This document shows positions 53,646 through 64,000 of a stretch of DNA of 64,000 bases, piece after piece. Each line of letters begins with the position of its first letter. The first letter of the stretch is position 1. The notes beneath the pieces are model-generated. The model saw only the letters and a program-made list of their open reading frames with translations. It did not search any database and was not told the origin of the DNA. A program made the translations under genes and the position numbers. The DNA comes from Glaucostegus cemiculus (lineage: Eukaryota), in contig CDPCPM010000026.1 of the NCBI GenBank assembly GCA_976551045.1, positions 6,386,001 to 6,450,000 on the forward strand, read 5' to 3'.

Positions 53646-54711
53646 GTTTTCATATGAATATGTTGTTGTTGGTGACTTAGAGTAAATGTAGAAATAGTCT
53701 GGCAATAATGTATAAGATCATCAAGCATTAGCATTAAGTTTCTTCCTTTACACTAATCACACTAATTTTTAAACTGTTGAATAATTGATATGTAGTAGAC
53801 AGTTATTTTAAATTTGAATCATATTTTCTTAATGGTCTCAGTGTCAGAGCAGAGTTGTAAGATGCTGCCTTATAACTTGCAACATTCAGCATTGCGAATT
53901 AGAAAACTTCTTGGAGTTTATAAAAGAAACAAAAATTCAGCCTCCATTTTTCACAGGGAGGCAAAGAGGGAGTCTTGCTGCAAGCAACAAAAATGGGAAA
54001 ACTGGGAATGTGGTATGCTAATGGTAGGATCTCTTCAGGATATTTTACTCCTTGTCCAACTCGAGAGGTGTCAAGGTTAAAGGTCCCTGCCAGTGAGATA
54101 ATGGAGTTGGTGGTCAAGCTCATAGCTCAGCAGCAAGGAGGGTGGAGAAAAGGGGTGATTGCAAGAGGAGCCGTTGTCTGTTGGGGAAAGAGTTCAGAGA
54201 TGTCCATTAGCTATACATTTACTCCTTCCTGTCCCTCAGACCCCCATTATGAGGGGATTAAAACCATGGTTTTCTCCCTTCTCTCTCTCCTGCAGCCTAT
54301 CTGCTCCTCCTTCCAGGTTTACCTGCTATGATTTTCTTTTATGGAATCTTCCTTACAGGTTTTTGCTTTCTTAGTTTTATTGCTGAATATATTTGGTCTC
54401 CTGATTCTCTTCCATGATCTTTCAACTCATCTGTCAGAATTCTATTATTTATCATTCCATTTCTTTTTACAATGTCACCAGCTGAATGGTTCAAAGACAC
54501 TGTCTCGTGGGGCTGCTTCCACAGCTGAAGTGGAACGGATGCTCATGGAACACTGGGCAGCAAATCACAGATTGCCCCAAGAAACATGCTCAGGAAACAG
54601 AGCTGGAAAAGTAGAATGGATTTTAATTTGAATTGAACTTTGGTGCATGAACTGGTCATGCTTTTGTATTAGAGGAAGAATACCTTTATTTCCAATGTAT
54701 AAGAAGATTCT

Positions 54712-54807
54712 TAGGTTAATTTGGGGGGTTTAAATGGGCGGCATGGACTCATTGGGCCGAAAGGGCCTGTTACCACGCTGTAAATAAAATTTAAATTTAA
54801 TTTAAAA
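54712..54807 (+). mobile_element. 5'-truncated V-SINE subfamily B tail with 8-bp target-site duplication
   Basis: TAGGTTAATTTGGGGGGTTTAAATGGGCGGCATGGACTC...GGGCCGAAAGGGCCTGTTACCACGCTGTAAATAAAATT; AAGATTCT at 54704-54711 and 54808-54815. Confidence 0.88.
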
Positions 54808-55037
54808 AAGATTCTCTGAAAACCATGTATTCATATTAGTGCACAAATTCCATCCCCCTTTTTTATCAGTATTATTGGGGTGAATGTTTGCAGATGTTTC
54901 ATTCATTGTTCCTATGTGGTATGTGCATTAGCATATTATTGAGATCTTTGTTTTGCTTGCTCAGTAAATGTTCAGCAGAATTTGATGCAAATTTACTCAC
55001 AATCCTTTCATTTGCATATTACATTAAATGTGTACAG

Positions 55038-55052
55038 GAGGTTCACCAGCAG
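55038..55052 (+). other. Candidate 15-nt microexon (GAGGTTCACCAGCAG)
   Basis: TACAG acceptor, CAG|GTGAGT donor, branch-point-like TACTCAC at 54994-55000, ~57-nt AG-free zone, and TGC before the 3' splice site. Confidence 0.35.
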
Positions 55053-55444
55053 GTGAGTGGACCTTCAGCAATCAATATAAGCCATCTTACAGTGAGTGCT
55101 ATCAAAATGTCCTTCACTTGGATCTTGGAGGGACAGTGCTTAAGGAGACTGCTCTTTGACAAAGACCCAATCTCTGATTCGTACAAAGGTCGCGGAGGCA
55201 ACTGTGCAGTTAAAGTGCAACATCCAGATAGTGCTCTCAGCAGAAGTGAAAGTCATCATTGCATTAATCTTCAGCACTGTAAGGAGCTTCCAAGCACCAG
55301 CAGGAGACATCAGTCAGACCAGTCGGTGTAGGAGTTGCAGCTGCATCAAATGAGTAATAAATCCCTCCTCTGGTGACACATCCACGAACATCACATCCAA
55401 CTTTGGCACACAGCACCAGCTGGACGAGCAAACTGAACAGCAAG

Positions 55445-55590
55445 CCTGACAAGGTAGCATTCCTCAGTGCTGCACTGCGGTCTAGGGAAGGTGTTGTTGT
55501 GAGGCAGGTGGGGGTGGGGATTAGGAGAAGGAGGAGCTTGAATCCCTTGCAATTCAGAGTCAGATGTGCTACCAGATGAGCTTAGTTGAC
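55445..55590 (-). mobile_element. SacSINE1/Deu-type SINE head fragment
   Basis: GTAGCATTCCTCAGTGCTGCACTG...GCTTGAATCCCTTGCAATTCAGAGTCAGATGTGCTACCAGATGAGC. Confidence 0.55.
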
Positions 55591-55892
55591 ACTTGCTTCG
55601 CGGCATCGTACAGCTGCTGGTGGAATTCAAAAGTTTTACCTAGATCTGCTCTCAGTGTCTTGGGTAATGATGCAAGTAACTTGCTGGTCATTGCAGCCTT
55701 GAAACATCCCCCGTTCTGTCAGTGGGCCGTGATGCTAGAATCACAAATGTGGAGCGGTGGAGCTCGTGCCCAAGTAGGTACCTCTGCACAGCAACAGCCA
55801 GCCTTCTTTAACTATCACCTGTGATCAGCTGCCCACCATGGGGAGTTATCCCTCAAACTCTTGGACATTGTCTGGAATCACAGCGTCTTTCA

Positions 55893-56360
55893 ACACAGGA
55901 GGATGCCACTTGGCTCATTGTGCCTGGGCCACAGCTGTCCAATTAGTCCCTCTCCTCTGCTCTCCCTATAGCTGTTCAAATATATATCCAAACCTCTTTG
56001 AAAGTTGCTACTGAAGCCACTTCTTCCACCCTTGGTTGGTGTATTCTAAATCATAACTTACTGCAAAAATAAGTCTCTTCATCTCAGCTTTGATTCTGTC
56101 TAAATATCTTAAATCCATGTCTTCTAGTTACAAATCCTCCTGCCAGTGGAAATAATTTTGTTTTTCACTCCAGCAAAATCTCTCATAATCTTGGACTCTA
56201 CTATTAAATTTCTGCTTTAAGTTCAATAGCCCTTCTTATCTGTTGGAATTCTAATAGGTAAATTCCTCCCCATCTCCGAGGCTTTGGCATCTTCTCTGTA
56301 TTCCAATTGAGTCCAAGCTAGTGACTTACAAAGGTTGAGCACAGCTTCCTTGCTGTTACA
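55893..56360 (-). mobile_element. CR1 LINE 3' end relic
   Basis: ACACAGGAGGATGCCACTTGGCTCATTGTGCCTG...AAATCCTCCTGCCAGTGGAAA...; minus frame has LNLCKSLAWTQLEY (compare CR1 LYKTLVRPHLEY). Confidence 0.7.
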
Positions 56361-58394
56361 ATCAGATGTGCATTCCTGGGATATTGCCTGAGATAAATGA
56401 TTGTGACGGCCCCACAGTCTTGGCTTCCTCCTTGACTTTCTGTCAAGAAAAGATCGCAAAGGATGAGCTTCTGAAAATTATTATGCAAAGGCTTCTTGCA
56501 GTGACATTACATGCTATATCTCATGCCAGAACACATAAAAATTGACTGTCAGAAATTATATCAACAGTGCCATGAGTGCACTTCTCGAATGTAAAATAAA
56601 ACCTGGAGGAGCAAAGTTCCATGTGGAAAAAAAGCCAGAAAAAGAACATGCAGGAAATAGGTAGATTAGAAGGCAGAAGGTGGTTAGGAGGAATTTGCCC
56701 TTCTGCTGTTACTAATTGATCTTTATCCATTGCTTTGAAGAAAAATAACCTGTAGAACATGATACATTACTAATTTAAAACTGAACAAACTTCAGTAGGA
56801 TACTGACATTTGAATGCCACGTTCCAAAACTCCTGTAGTCATTACACTGGATAGTACATCCAGTGTAAATTGGTACATCCACTCATTAGTAGCAGGCTAT
56901 TAATATGTTGAGAGCTTTTTTTTGCTATATTAGCAAGGGTTATTAATAAATGATCAATGAATTTATGCTGTGTTAACTTACAACGCTGGGGAGGTATTGA
57001 ACTAGAAAAAAAACCTTTTAACTGGAAAAGCTTGTTCATATGAAGAATTTAAAATCATAGAAATAAATGTGAAGAAAATCTGTATCTGGATAAATTACCA
57101 TCAAAACGTGAGGTGAGCTACCTAACTGGAGCCCTTCCTCTCTCCCCACATTCAAGGACAACAGGAGAGCCAATATTGTGAGAGGCAGACAGCACTTAAA
57201 GATGCACTGGCCAGCCATCTGCAGCACTTAAACATTGCTGCTGTGGATGCTGATGGTCTAGAATTTATCCTGACCAGCAATTCATTGAAGAGACTGAGAT
57301 CCACATTGTTTGGACTCTGTCCAGGAGACCACTAATGGCAGAGCAATGCCCCATTACCACAAGGGGTCGGGCGGCCACGAGTGTGAGCTCATGCACTTTC
57401 ACTCACACACACCCACACAGCAAAGGAGCTAAACCCAATAGCTACTGTGGATGCATACCACAAATCAAGATGACTTGTCATCAAGATCAGTGGAACCCAT
57501 CTTCAAATGCTATGTCCCACCAATGGCATCACCATCCTCAGCCGCTATTCAGTCCAACATTGCCTGACACTCTCCAGCCATTCATATCCGTAACACAGGA
57601 CTCACTTCTAACTTCATAAGCTTCAACTCACCATCTTACACACAACGCAACGGCAAGCCTCAAACCCCATCTCACAGCCCACACATACGGCCAGCAGTTC
57701 AGACACATTGAGAAAATTCTCCAAACACATTGTGTCCTGTTTGCCAATATACTTCTTCCTGTCTTGCAAGGCGGTTCAAGAACAAAGGTGACAGCAACTA
57801 ACCTGTAGGATGCATAATCGTATCCCCAAGGAGAAGAAGGTCTTGCCACAATGAGGGCATTTTTGGCCAGTGGTGGAATACAAACCGTAGAAGACAACAT
57901 TGTCCTCACACCCCCTTCTCATGTCTGACAATCTACAATCTCTTCTGATGAACAAGTTGCCCTATAGTTTCAGCACAGGCCTCTTACTTTCTAACCCTGC
58001 CAGTTACACAGCCCTATCTATGCCCTTTGGGTTAGCCAGCAACTGCAACTAGTCAGGCAACAAAAGAAGGGGATTGTTACTCAATTTAATACTCATCGCC
58101 ACCAGCTCAATGACATTATTGCACACATTTCAGAGGTTAGCTTCAAAGCAGGATCCGCAGGAGGAAACTCACAGGTACAATGGGCTGCAAGTGTGGCAGA
58201 GGTAAGAGTAGTCCAGATAATAGTCCCCTGAAGAGTGAGGTTGCACAGAAAACTCAGATAAAGGCTTTGATAGAGCAACTTGCAGAAGGAGGCTAATGGG
58301 TATGTGCAATGAAATATATGGTGTATTGGCTGGAAGCTGCAGAGCCCACCATTCCTAGCAAGTAAATACCACACAACTCCATGAGGTCACGAGG

Positions 58395-58930
58395 TCATGA
58401 GAAATAGAAACAAGAGGAGGCCATACAGCACCTCAAACCTGCTCCAACGTTCGGTAATGTTGTGGCTGATCCTGTGCTTTGCCCAATTTTCCACCCACTT
58501 GTTGTATTCTCTGAAAACTTTCAGCCCATGTGTATTAGACAATTAGCAGGTATGGTAGTGTAGCGGTTAGCTATTACAGCGCCAGCAACCCAGGTTCAAT
58601 TCCGGCCACTGTAAGGAGTTTGTACATTCTCCCTGTGTCTGTGTGGGTTTCCTCCGGGTGCTGCTGTTTCCTCCCACATTTGAAAGATGTACATGTTAGG
58701 AAGTTGTGGACATGCTATGTTGGCGCCAGAAGCGTGGCGACACTTGCGGGCTGCCCCCAGACCACTCTATGCAGAGGATGCATTTCACTGTGTGTTTCAA
58801 CGTACATGTGACTAATAAAGATATCTTTAAAGATAAAGATATCTATTCAATTTCTTCTCCTGGGCCAACCCCTCATCTCAGGAGTTAGTCCAGTGAGTCC
58901 ATGCTGCACTGATTCCAAGCATCTTTAAGT
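58395..58930 (-). mobile_element. CR1 3' end relic interrupted by a SINE
   Basis: CATGAGAAATAGAAACAAGAGGAGGCCATACAGCACCTCAAACCTGCTCCA...GTGGCTGATC. Confidence 0.6.
58549..58844 (+). mobile_element. V-SINE subfamily A
   Basis: GGTATGGTAGTGTAGCGGTTAG, GGTTCAATTCC, V-domain, GAAGCGTGGCGACACTTGCGGGCTGCCCCCAG...GTGACTAATAAAGATATCT. Confidence 0.92.
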
Positions 58931-59209
58931 ATATTTGTTTTTGGGGACAGGCACCAAATCAGAATTTAGCATTTTTTTCTACTTCAGGTCACTTTTCAAT
59001 GACCAATATTTCAGGGCTGGGTAGGAGGTTGGAACCTGCTTTGAGCTCAAGTATGATGTCACCCCTGGTGAAGAAGACAACTAATGCTCACTGCACTAAT
59101 GGTTAACTGGTCAAGACACCAGATGGAAGTTTGTATATGTGTCACAAATTGGCGATGATCTCAACAAAGAGCGGGACAGGATTAATGAGTGAGAAAGCTC
59201 TCTCTTGTT

Positions 59210-59840
59210 CATTTGTTCCTCTGTTCCGGTGAATCAACTCTTGAAGGAGAGAGTGATCTACAGAATGCAATAGATCAGGTTGGAGGAGATGCATGTGAGT
59301 TTCTGCCTCACCTGGAAGGGCTGTTTAGTCCCTCAGATGGCGGTGAGGGACAAGATGAAGAGACACGTATTTCACCTTGTATGGGTGTAGGGGAAAGCGC
59401 CAGGGTGTGGTGGGAAGACATGAGCGGACCAGGAAGTCATGGAGGGAGTGGTCCCTGCAGAAAGCAGAAAGGATGGGAGATGAGAAGATGTGAGTGGTGG
59501 GGAGATCCTATTGGAACAGGTGGAAATGGTGAAGGATGATGTGCTGGATGCGGAGGCTAGCAGGGTGAAACATGAGGACAAAGGGGACTCTTATGTTCTG
59601 TGTGTAGGGGCGGGGGTGAGTGGGTTGGTGAGGGCAGATACGTGAGAAATGGAGGAACTGCATTTGAGGGATCCATCAACTATGGCAGAGGGGAAGCCAC
59701 ATTGCTGGAAGAAGAAGAAGGGCATTTCAAAAGTCCTGGAGCAGAAAGCCTTGTCTTGAGAACAGATGCAGTGGAGGCAGAGAAACGGAGACAAAGGGAT
59801 GGCGTCCTTACGGGAGGCAGGGTGGGATGAGATGCAACAA
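59210..59840 (-). mobile_element. Penelope RT thumb/linker relic
   Basis: SSHPASRKDAIPLSPFLCLHCICSQDKAFCSRTFEMPFFF..CGFPSAIVD; paralogous to 18830-19250. Confidence 0.88.
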
Positions 59841-62800
59841 CTATGATAATTCTTTGAATATGACAGAAAGACTTCTATGAGAGTATTGCGAACAACGGCT
59901 TTCATTGGTAACCTTTCAGACAAGGATCCTTTAAGATTATCTCTCAAATAAAAAGAGTTAACAGTGCAGATTTAGTTAAGTCGTATTTCTCTTTCATCTT
60001 GATAAATGCCAGTTGCTCAGCAGGACTTAGATTCAACTCCCTAAATTCACTACACCCTATTCTCATGCACAATGACAGGAAAATCAGAATTTATTAAGAC
60101 TTTGCACAATGTGTGTAATGTTTCCTTTGAAAATGCGATCTCTAATCAGTTTCGGTTGAATCCAAAACTTAGCGATTTGCACAACCCAGATTTCCACCGC
60201 TAGGTAAAAGTTAAAAGTTGTAAAATGACAAACCAGAACATCTCAGCTGGTTACAGCCACATCCTATGGGAGGTTAACCAACAGATTTATGTAAGCAGTT
60301 GATACCTATTCAAAACTTCATTGGGAAGGAATACATCAAATTCTTATAAGAATGAAGATATGATGGGAATATCCTTGAGCTGTCCCCTCTGTTCCAGATG
60401 TTACACAAATAGGAAAAATGTTTGAAAAACTGATTCAGCCTAAAGGATCCTGGCAGTCAGATCAAGGTTCAAATTTCCTTACATTTTTTAAAATTAACAG
60501 AAAGCAGAATGCCAATGCGATTACTCAAATTTTCATTATTAAGGTGATCTATGTCATCGTAAAGGATTCGTCTGCCATAACATAGAACCAAGCAGACACA
60601 TTTACAAGCTCTCAGACTTTATTTGATACAGATACAACATTTTCCAAGGATATTGTAAACTCTAGCATTGATTCCACAACAGAAAAAAAATTGTATTTTT
60701 AGAAGTTTTGAAACATAGCTGGGGGCTTCAAGAGATGAATTTCTATCTCCTTTTCGAAATATTATACTACCCTGATCCATCTTATCTGCGCCAGCAAATA
60801 CAGCCTTTGCCAAATTAAGAATAATTACAGTTTGTATCTGGTTCCATGAAATTATAGTTCTTCTGAGTTTGAAAGGAAGTAAATTGAAGTAACTGTAAGA
60901 ATAGCCTGTTTATCAAGATCATTCTTTTTCTTCTTATGGCTATATTTAGGGGATCAAAAGTCTTTAAAAAATTGAAAAATGAATCGCAAGATTGTTATTT
61001 GCAATGCAACTTGAGACAATCATTGGGGCAGATTTTTGTCTTCTGTGCCTAGTCATCTGGTGGAAATCAATGAAAACGAGGTGGTTTTTAAAAAGAATAG
61101 ATGATCCACTCCACCAAGTAACTGCCCAGGCAGCCAATGAGTCTTAAAGTAAGGAGGAGGACCCAACAATAAAATAAAAAATGAGCAGGTTAAAGGCTGG
61201 GTTCTCTGCAATAAGTAGCTTAATTGCTGATCTCCCTAAACTACTCCATTATCTATAAAGGTGGGATGAGAAGGACCCAGTAACCTGCCTAGTTGTAAGG
61301 CATTTGATCAGTTTCCACTCACTGTACTTCATATCCCACCCTGCATCACCAGTGAGTTGCAACTGCAGTACTTCTATCTACACAACGCACAAGAGCAATT
61401 CATTGCTCTTCCTTTGAAAATACCTCACAGTTCCGCAAACTCTACAAATGAGGAGGTCAGGAAGCACCTTGAAACCACACAGCAACCTGATCTGAATATT
61501 GGCTATTATGTTAAAATCCTTGAATTTACCATGTGCCAATCCCTTTACCACCAGCAATATGCCTGTTCAGGAAAATGCCCAACACCATTTTCCCAGAGTA
61601 ACTTGGGATGGGGGATAAAAAATGTCAGCCTGGTCCAGTATTCCCAGATCTCAGGAGCAGCTTTTTATTAAATAACACAGATAGTTTTGCTTATTGTACC
61701 TTCAGCACCAGTGGGTGGAGCTCACCACTAATTTCATAAGCATGTTGCAGCAGGCATCCTCTCTAACTATCTTATTCATTAAATTTCAGGCTGTATTGCA
61801 ATGAGTATTTTTCTAAAGGAAACCGTATGGAAAATCTAAGCGATATGAGTCTTGTATGGTGTGCCAGGCTTTATAAATTAAATTGAAAGCACTGGTGGTA
61901 ATTTACAGATAATTATCCCTTCTGGCTGTATGCATTAAGCTTCTCGGTATTTGCTACTGATCTCTGTAACTGCTAATCTCCCAATACTTAAGGTGTCAGG
62001 TTTTCTTTTGATGTTATAAAATATGTTGACTCTCATTTTTCATCAGGCCTGCATTCCAGGTAACACAATTATATTCTTACATTTTTAAAGCAGCATGTCC
62101 CACAAATTATAATGTTTATTCCTGGAGCCTTCATTAAAATAACAATGTCGTGAAAAACTGCGAACAGAAGCAATCCAATGTTGAAGAGGCAGTCCACTAT
62201 CTTAAAATATTTAAACTGAGCTTATGTTTTATTCAGGCATTGACTGATTATACCTACCCTGAATATATGCGGAAAAAAACTTTGCAGAAATCTGGAATGA
62301 GAACTACCAGTTATGTCCAGCTTCTAATTTGCTAAATTCAAATTATTGTTTGGTGCATATATTAGGCTACCAAAATTATTTATGGTATACTTACAACTTA
62401 CATCTTCCTTATTTTCAGAGCTGCATTTCTTTCAGGAACTTGTTGCTTCAATGAATATTCTAAGAAAAAATAAAATTAGAGTGGAACTGTAATGTCCCAT
62501 TCTGTGTAGTAGGAAGATGTGGATTTATAACAGCAGTCTCTTGTGAAATAGGATTCTGGTCTCTGCCACAAAGACCAGTTTCCCACAAATAGGGAACTAA
62601 GATTGGAACTTCAGCTCCCAAGAATCAATGTGAAGGGCTTAGGGGGATGTGAGATCTCCAACCTTCTGTCTAGAAGTTGTGTAATAAGTAAGATTATTTT
62701 CCAACAATAAAGCTGGAAAAGAGGAATTGAACTATTTATTTAACAATTCATTTGCATATGTTTGGTTTTTGCTTCTGTTGTACAAATGATGCATCCACGT

Positions 62801-63209
62801 CTTTGTACCATTTGTGGTTATCCTGTGATTTACACTGGAGAACATGGTTCAATGCAAAGCAGTTTAAAATAGTTTCCTAGACAGGATATTACATTTTTCG
62901 TCTTCTGTGAACTTAAGTGTCAGACAAGAGATGAACCATCATTTTCTTGCTGATGTGTAACTGAATAAATGTGAATGATGGCAACATCAGTGGCCCTTAA
63001 TTATCTAAAATGAATTAAACTGGGATACTTGTGAGGTAGGCAGAGAATGGCTATTTTGTGTCGATTTTCTGTAAACTTTTCTGCAAACTATCTTTGCAAT
63101 TTTGTTTGAATAAAAACTATTTTGTCCCAGGGAGTTCATCTTAAGCTCCTAGTCATGGCTTGTCTTAGAACTCTGACCCAAGGGAATGAGAGCAGCACAA
63201 TGTGGATAA

Positions 63210-63413
63210 CAGAGAAACAAAGATGCCAGAATCTAGATGAAAGACACTATGATGCAGGCCAGACAGCATCCATGGAGAAAAGTAGGCAGTCAACATTTCA
63301 GGTCAGGACTCTTCTTCAGGACTGATATGGACTAAAGAAGGGTCCTGACCTGAAACGCTGACTGCCTGCTTTTCTCCACAGATGCTGCCTGGCCTGCTGA
63401 GTCCCTCCAGCAT
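63210..63413. mobile_element. Fold-back Penelope-derived mini-element with the best-preserved hammerhead-like core
   Basis: Arms 63254-63319 and 63332-63397 are reverse complements (~65 bp, about 8 mismatches); flanking direct repeat CACAATGTGGATAA at 63196-63209 and 63414-63427. Confidence 0.9.
63287..63324 (-). ncRNA. Minimal type I hammerhead-ribozyme-like motif (PLE-associated)
   Basis: Minus strand reads CAGUC-CUGAAGA-A-GAGUC-CU-GACCU-GAAA-UGUU-GACUG: stem I CAGUC/GACUG, CUGANGA and GAAA cores, imperfect stem II and vestigial stem III. Confidence 0.6.
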
Positions 63414-63529
63414 CACAATGTGGATAATCCCCTTTTCCAAATCAGAATAGAATAGTTATGAATGCAGCCAAATGGAGGTGTACCTTATACTAAAACAGGA
63501 CTTCAAATATGCCAAAATGTAAAACAAAC

Positions 63530-63920
63530 AGCAGATGCTTGAAAAACTGAACTAAAACAGAAAAACGGGCAACTGGAAGCTCAAGGTCACTTGTCTGACA
63601 AATTAATTGTTCATCTTATTCTCACTCTGATCTCTGCACCTTTGGCCTCTTACATTTTTCCAATGAACCCCAGTGTAAGCTCAAGGACTAACATTTCACC
63701 TTCCAACCAAATATGCTGCAACCCTCAGGACTCAAGATCTCAAGATTAAATTCAACAACATCAGATTATCAGCCTTTCAAGTTTGTATCAGAAAAGGCCA
63801 GTTCTGATGAAAGGTCATCAACCTGTGATATTAACTCTGTTCTTCTCTTTCCAAAGATACTCTTTAATCTGTTAAGTATTTCCAGCATTCCCTTTCATTT
63901 CAGATTTCCAGCAACTGTAG
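63530..63920. mobile_element. Penelope 3' end/terminal repeat relic
   Basis: CCAGTTCTGATGAAAGGTCATCAACCTG...TTAACTCTGTTC...GTATTTCCAGCATTCCCTTTCATTTCAGATTTCCAGCAACTG. Confidence 0.7.
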
Positions 63921-64000
63921 TTCCTATGTCTCACAGTTCCAGCATTTCTTGTTTTCTCTCTCTTCTGTTCTCATTGAAAACCTATTTAAATCTTCTCCAG

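Noticed and set aside
1-64000. Prokaryotic systems (CRISPR arrays, operons, defence islands)
   Set aside because: The sequence is clearly vertebrate and repeat-rich, with no regularly spaced direct repeats with unique spacers and no dense long ORFs.

Overview
This is eukaryotic, AT-rich (about 40% GC by eye), repeat-dense vertebrate DNA. The repeat complement points to a cartilaginous fish, probably a shark or ray: V-domain tRNA-SINEs of the HE1 type, SacSINE1/Deu-type SINEs, CR1/HER1-like, L2-like and L1/Tx1 LINE relics, Penelope-like elements (PLEs) and a decayed Gypsy/Mag pol. I could not recognise any intact host protein-coding gene. The window looks like a large intron or gene desert with several homeobox-motif-rich blocks that may be conserved enhancers, and nearly all ORFs in the supplied track are retroelement fragments or chance ORFs. 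The most notable structure is a family of roughly 190-240 bp fold-back elements built from two inverted copies of the Penelope terminal repeat. Their arms carry minimal hammerhead-ribozyme-like cores in varying states of decay, and three copies have exact 13-14 bp flanking direct repeats. Other points of interest are two V-SINE subfamilies with the same head but different LINE-derived tails, a frameshifted gag-like relic next to the Gypsy pol, and a 15-nt microexon candidate with neural-type splice signals. Family names come from recalled consensus motifs, not database searches, and boundaries of decayed repeats are approximate.
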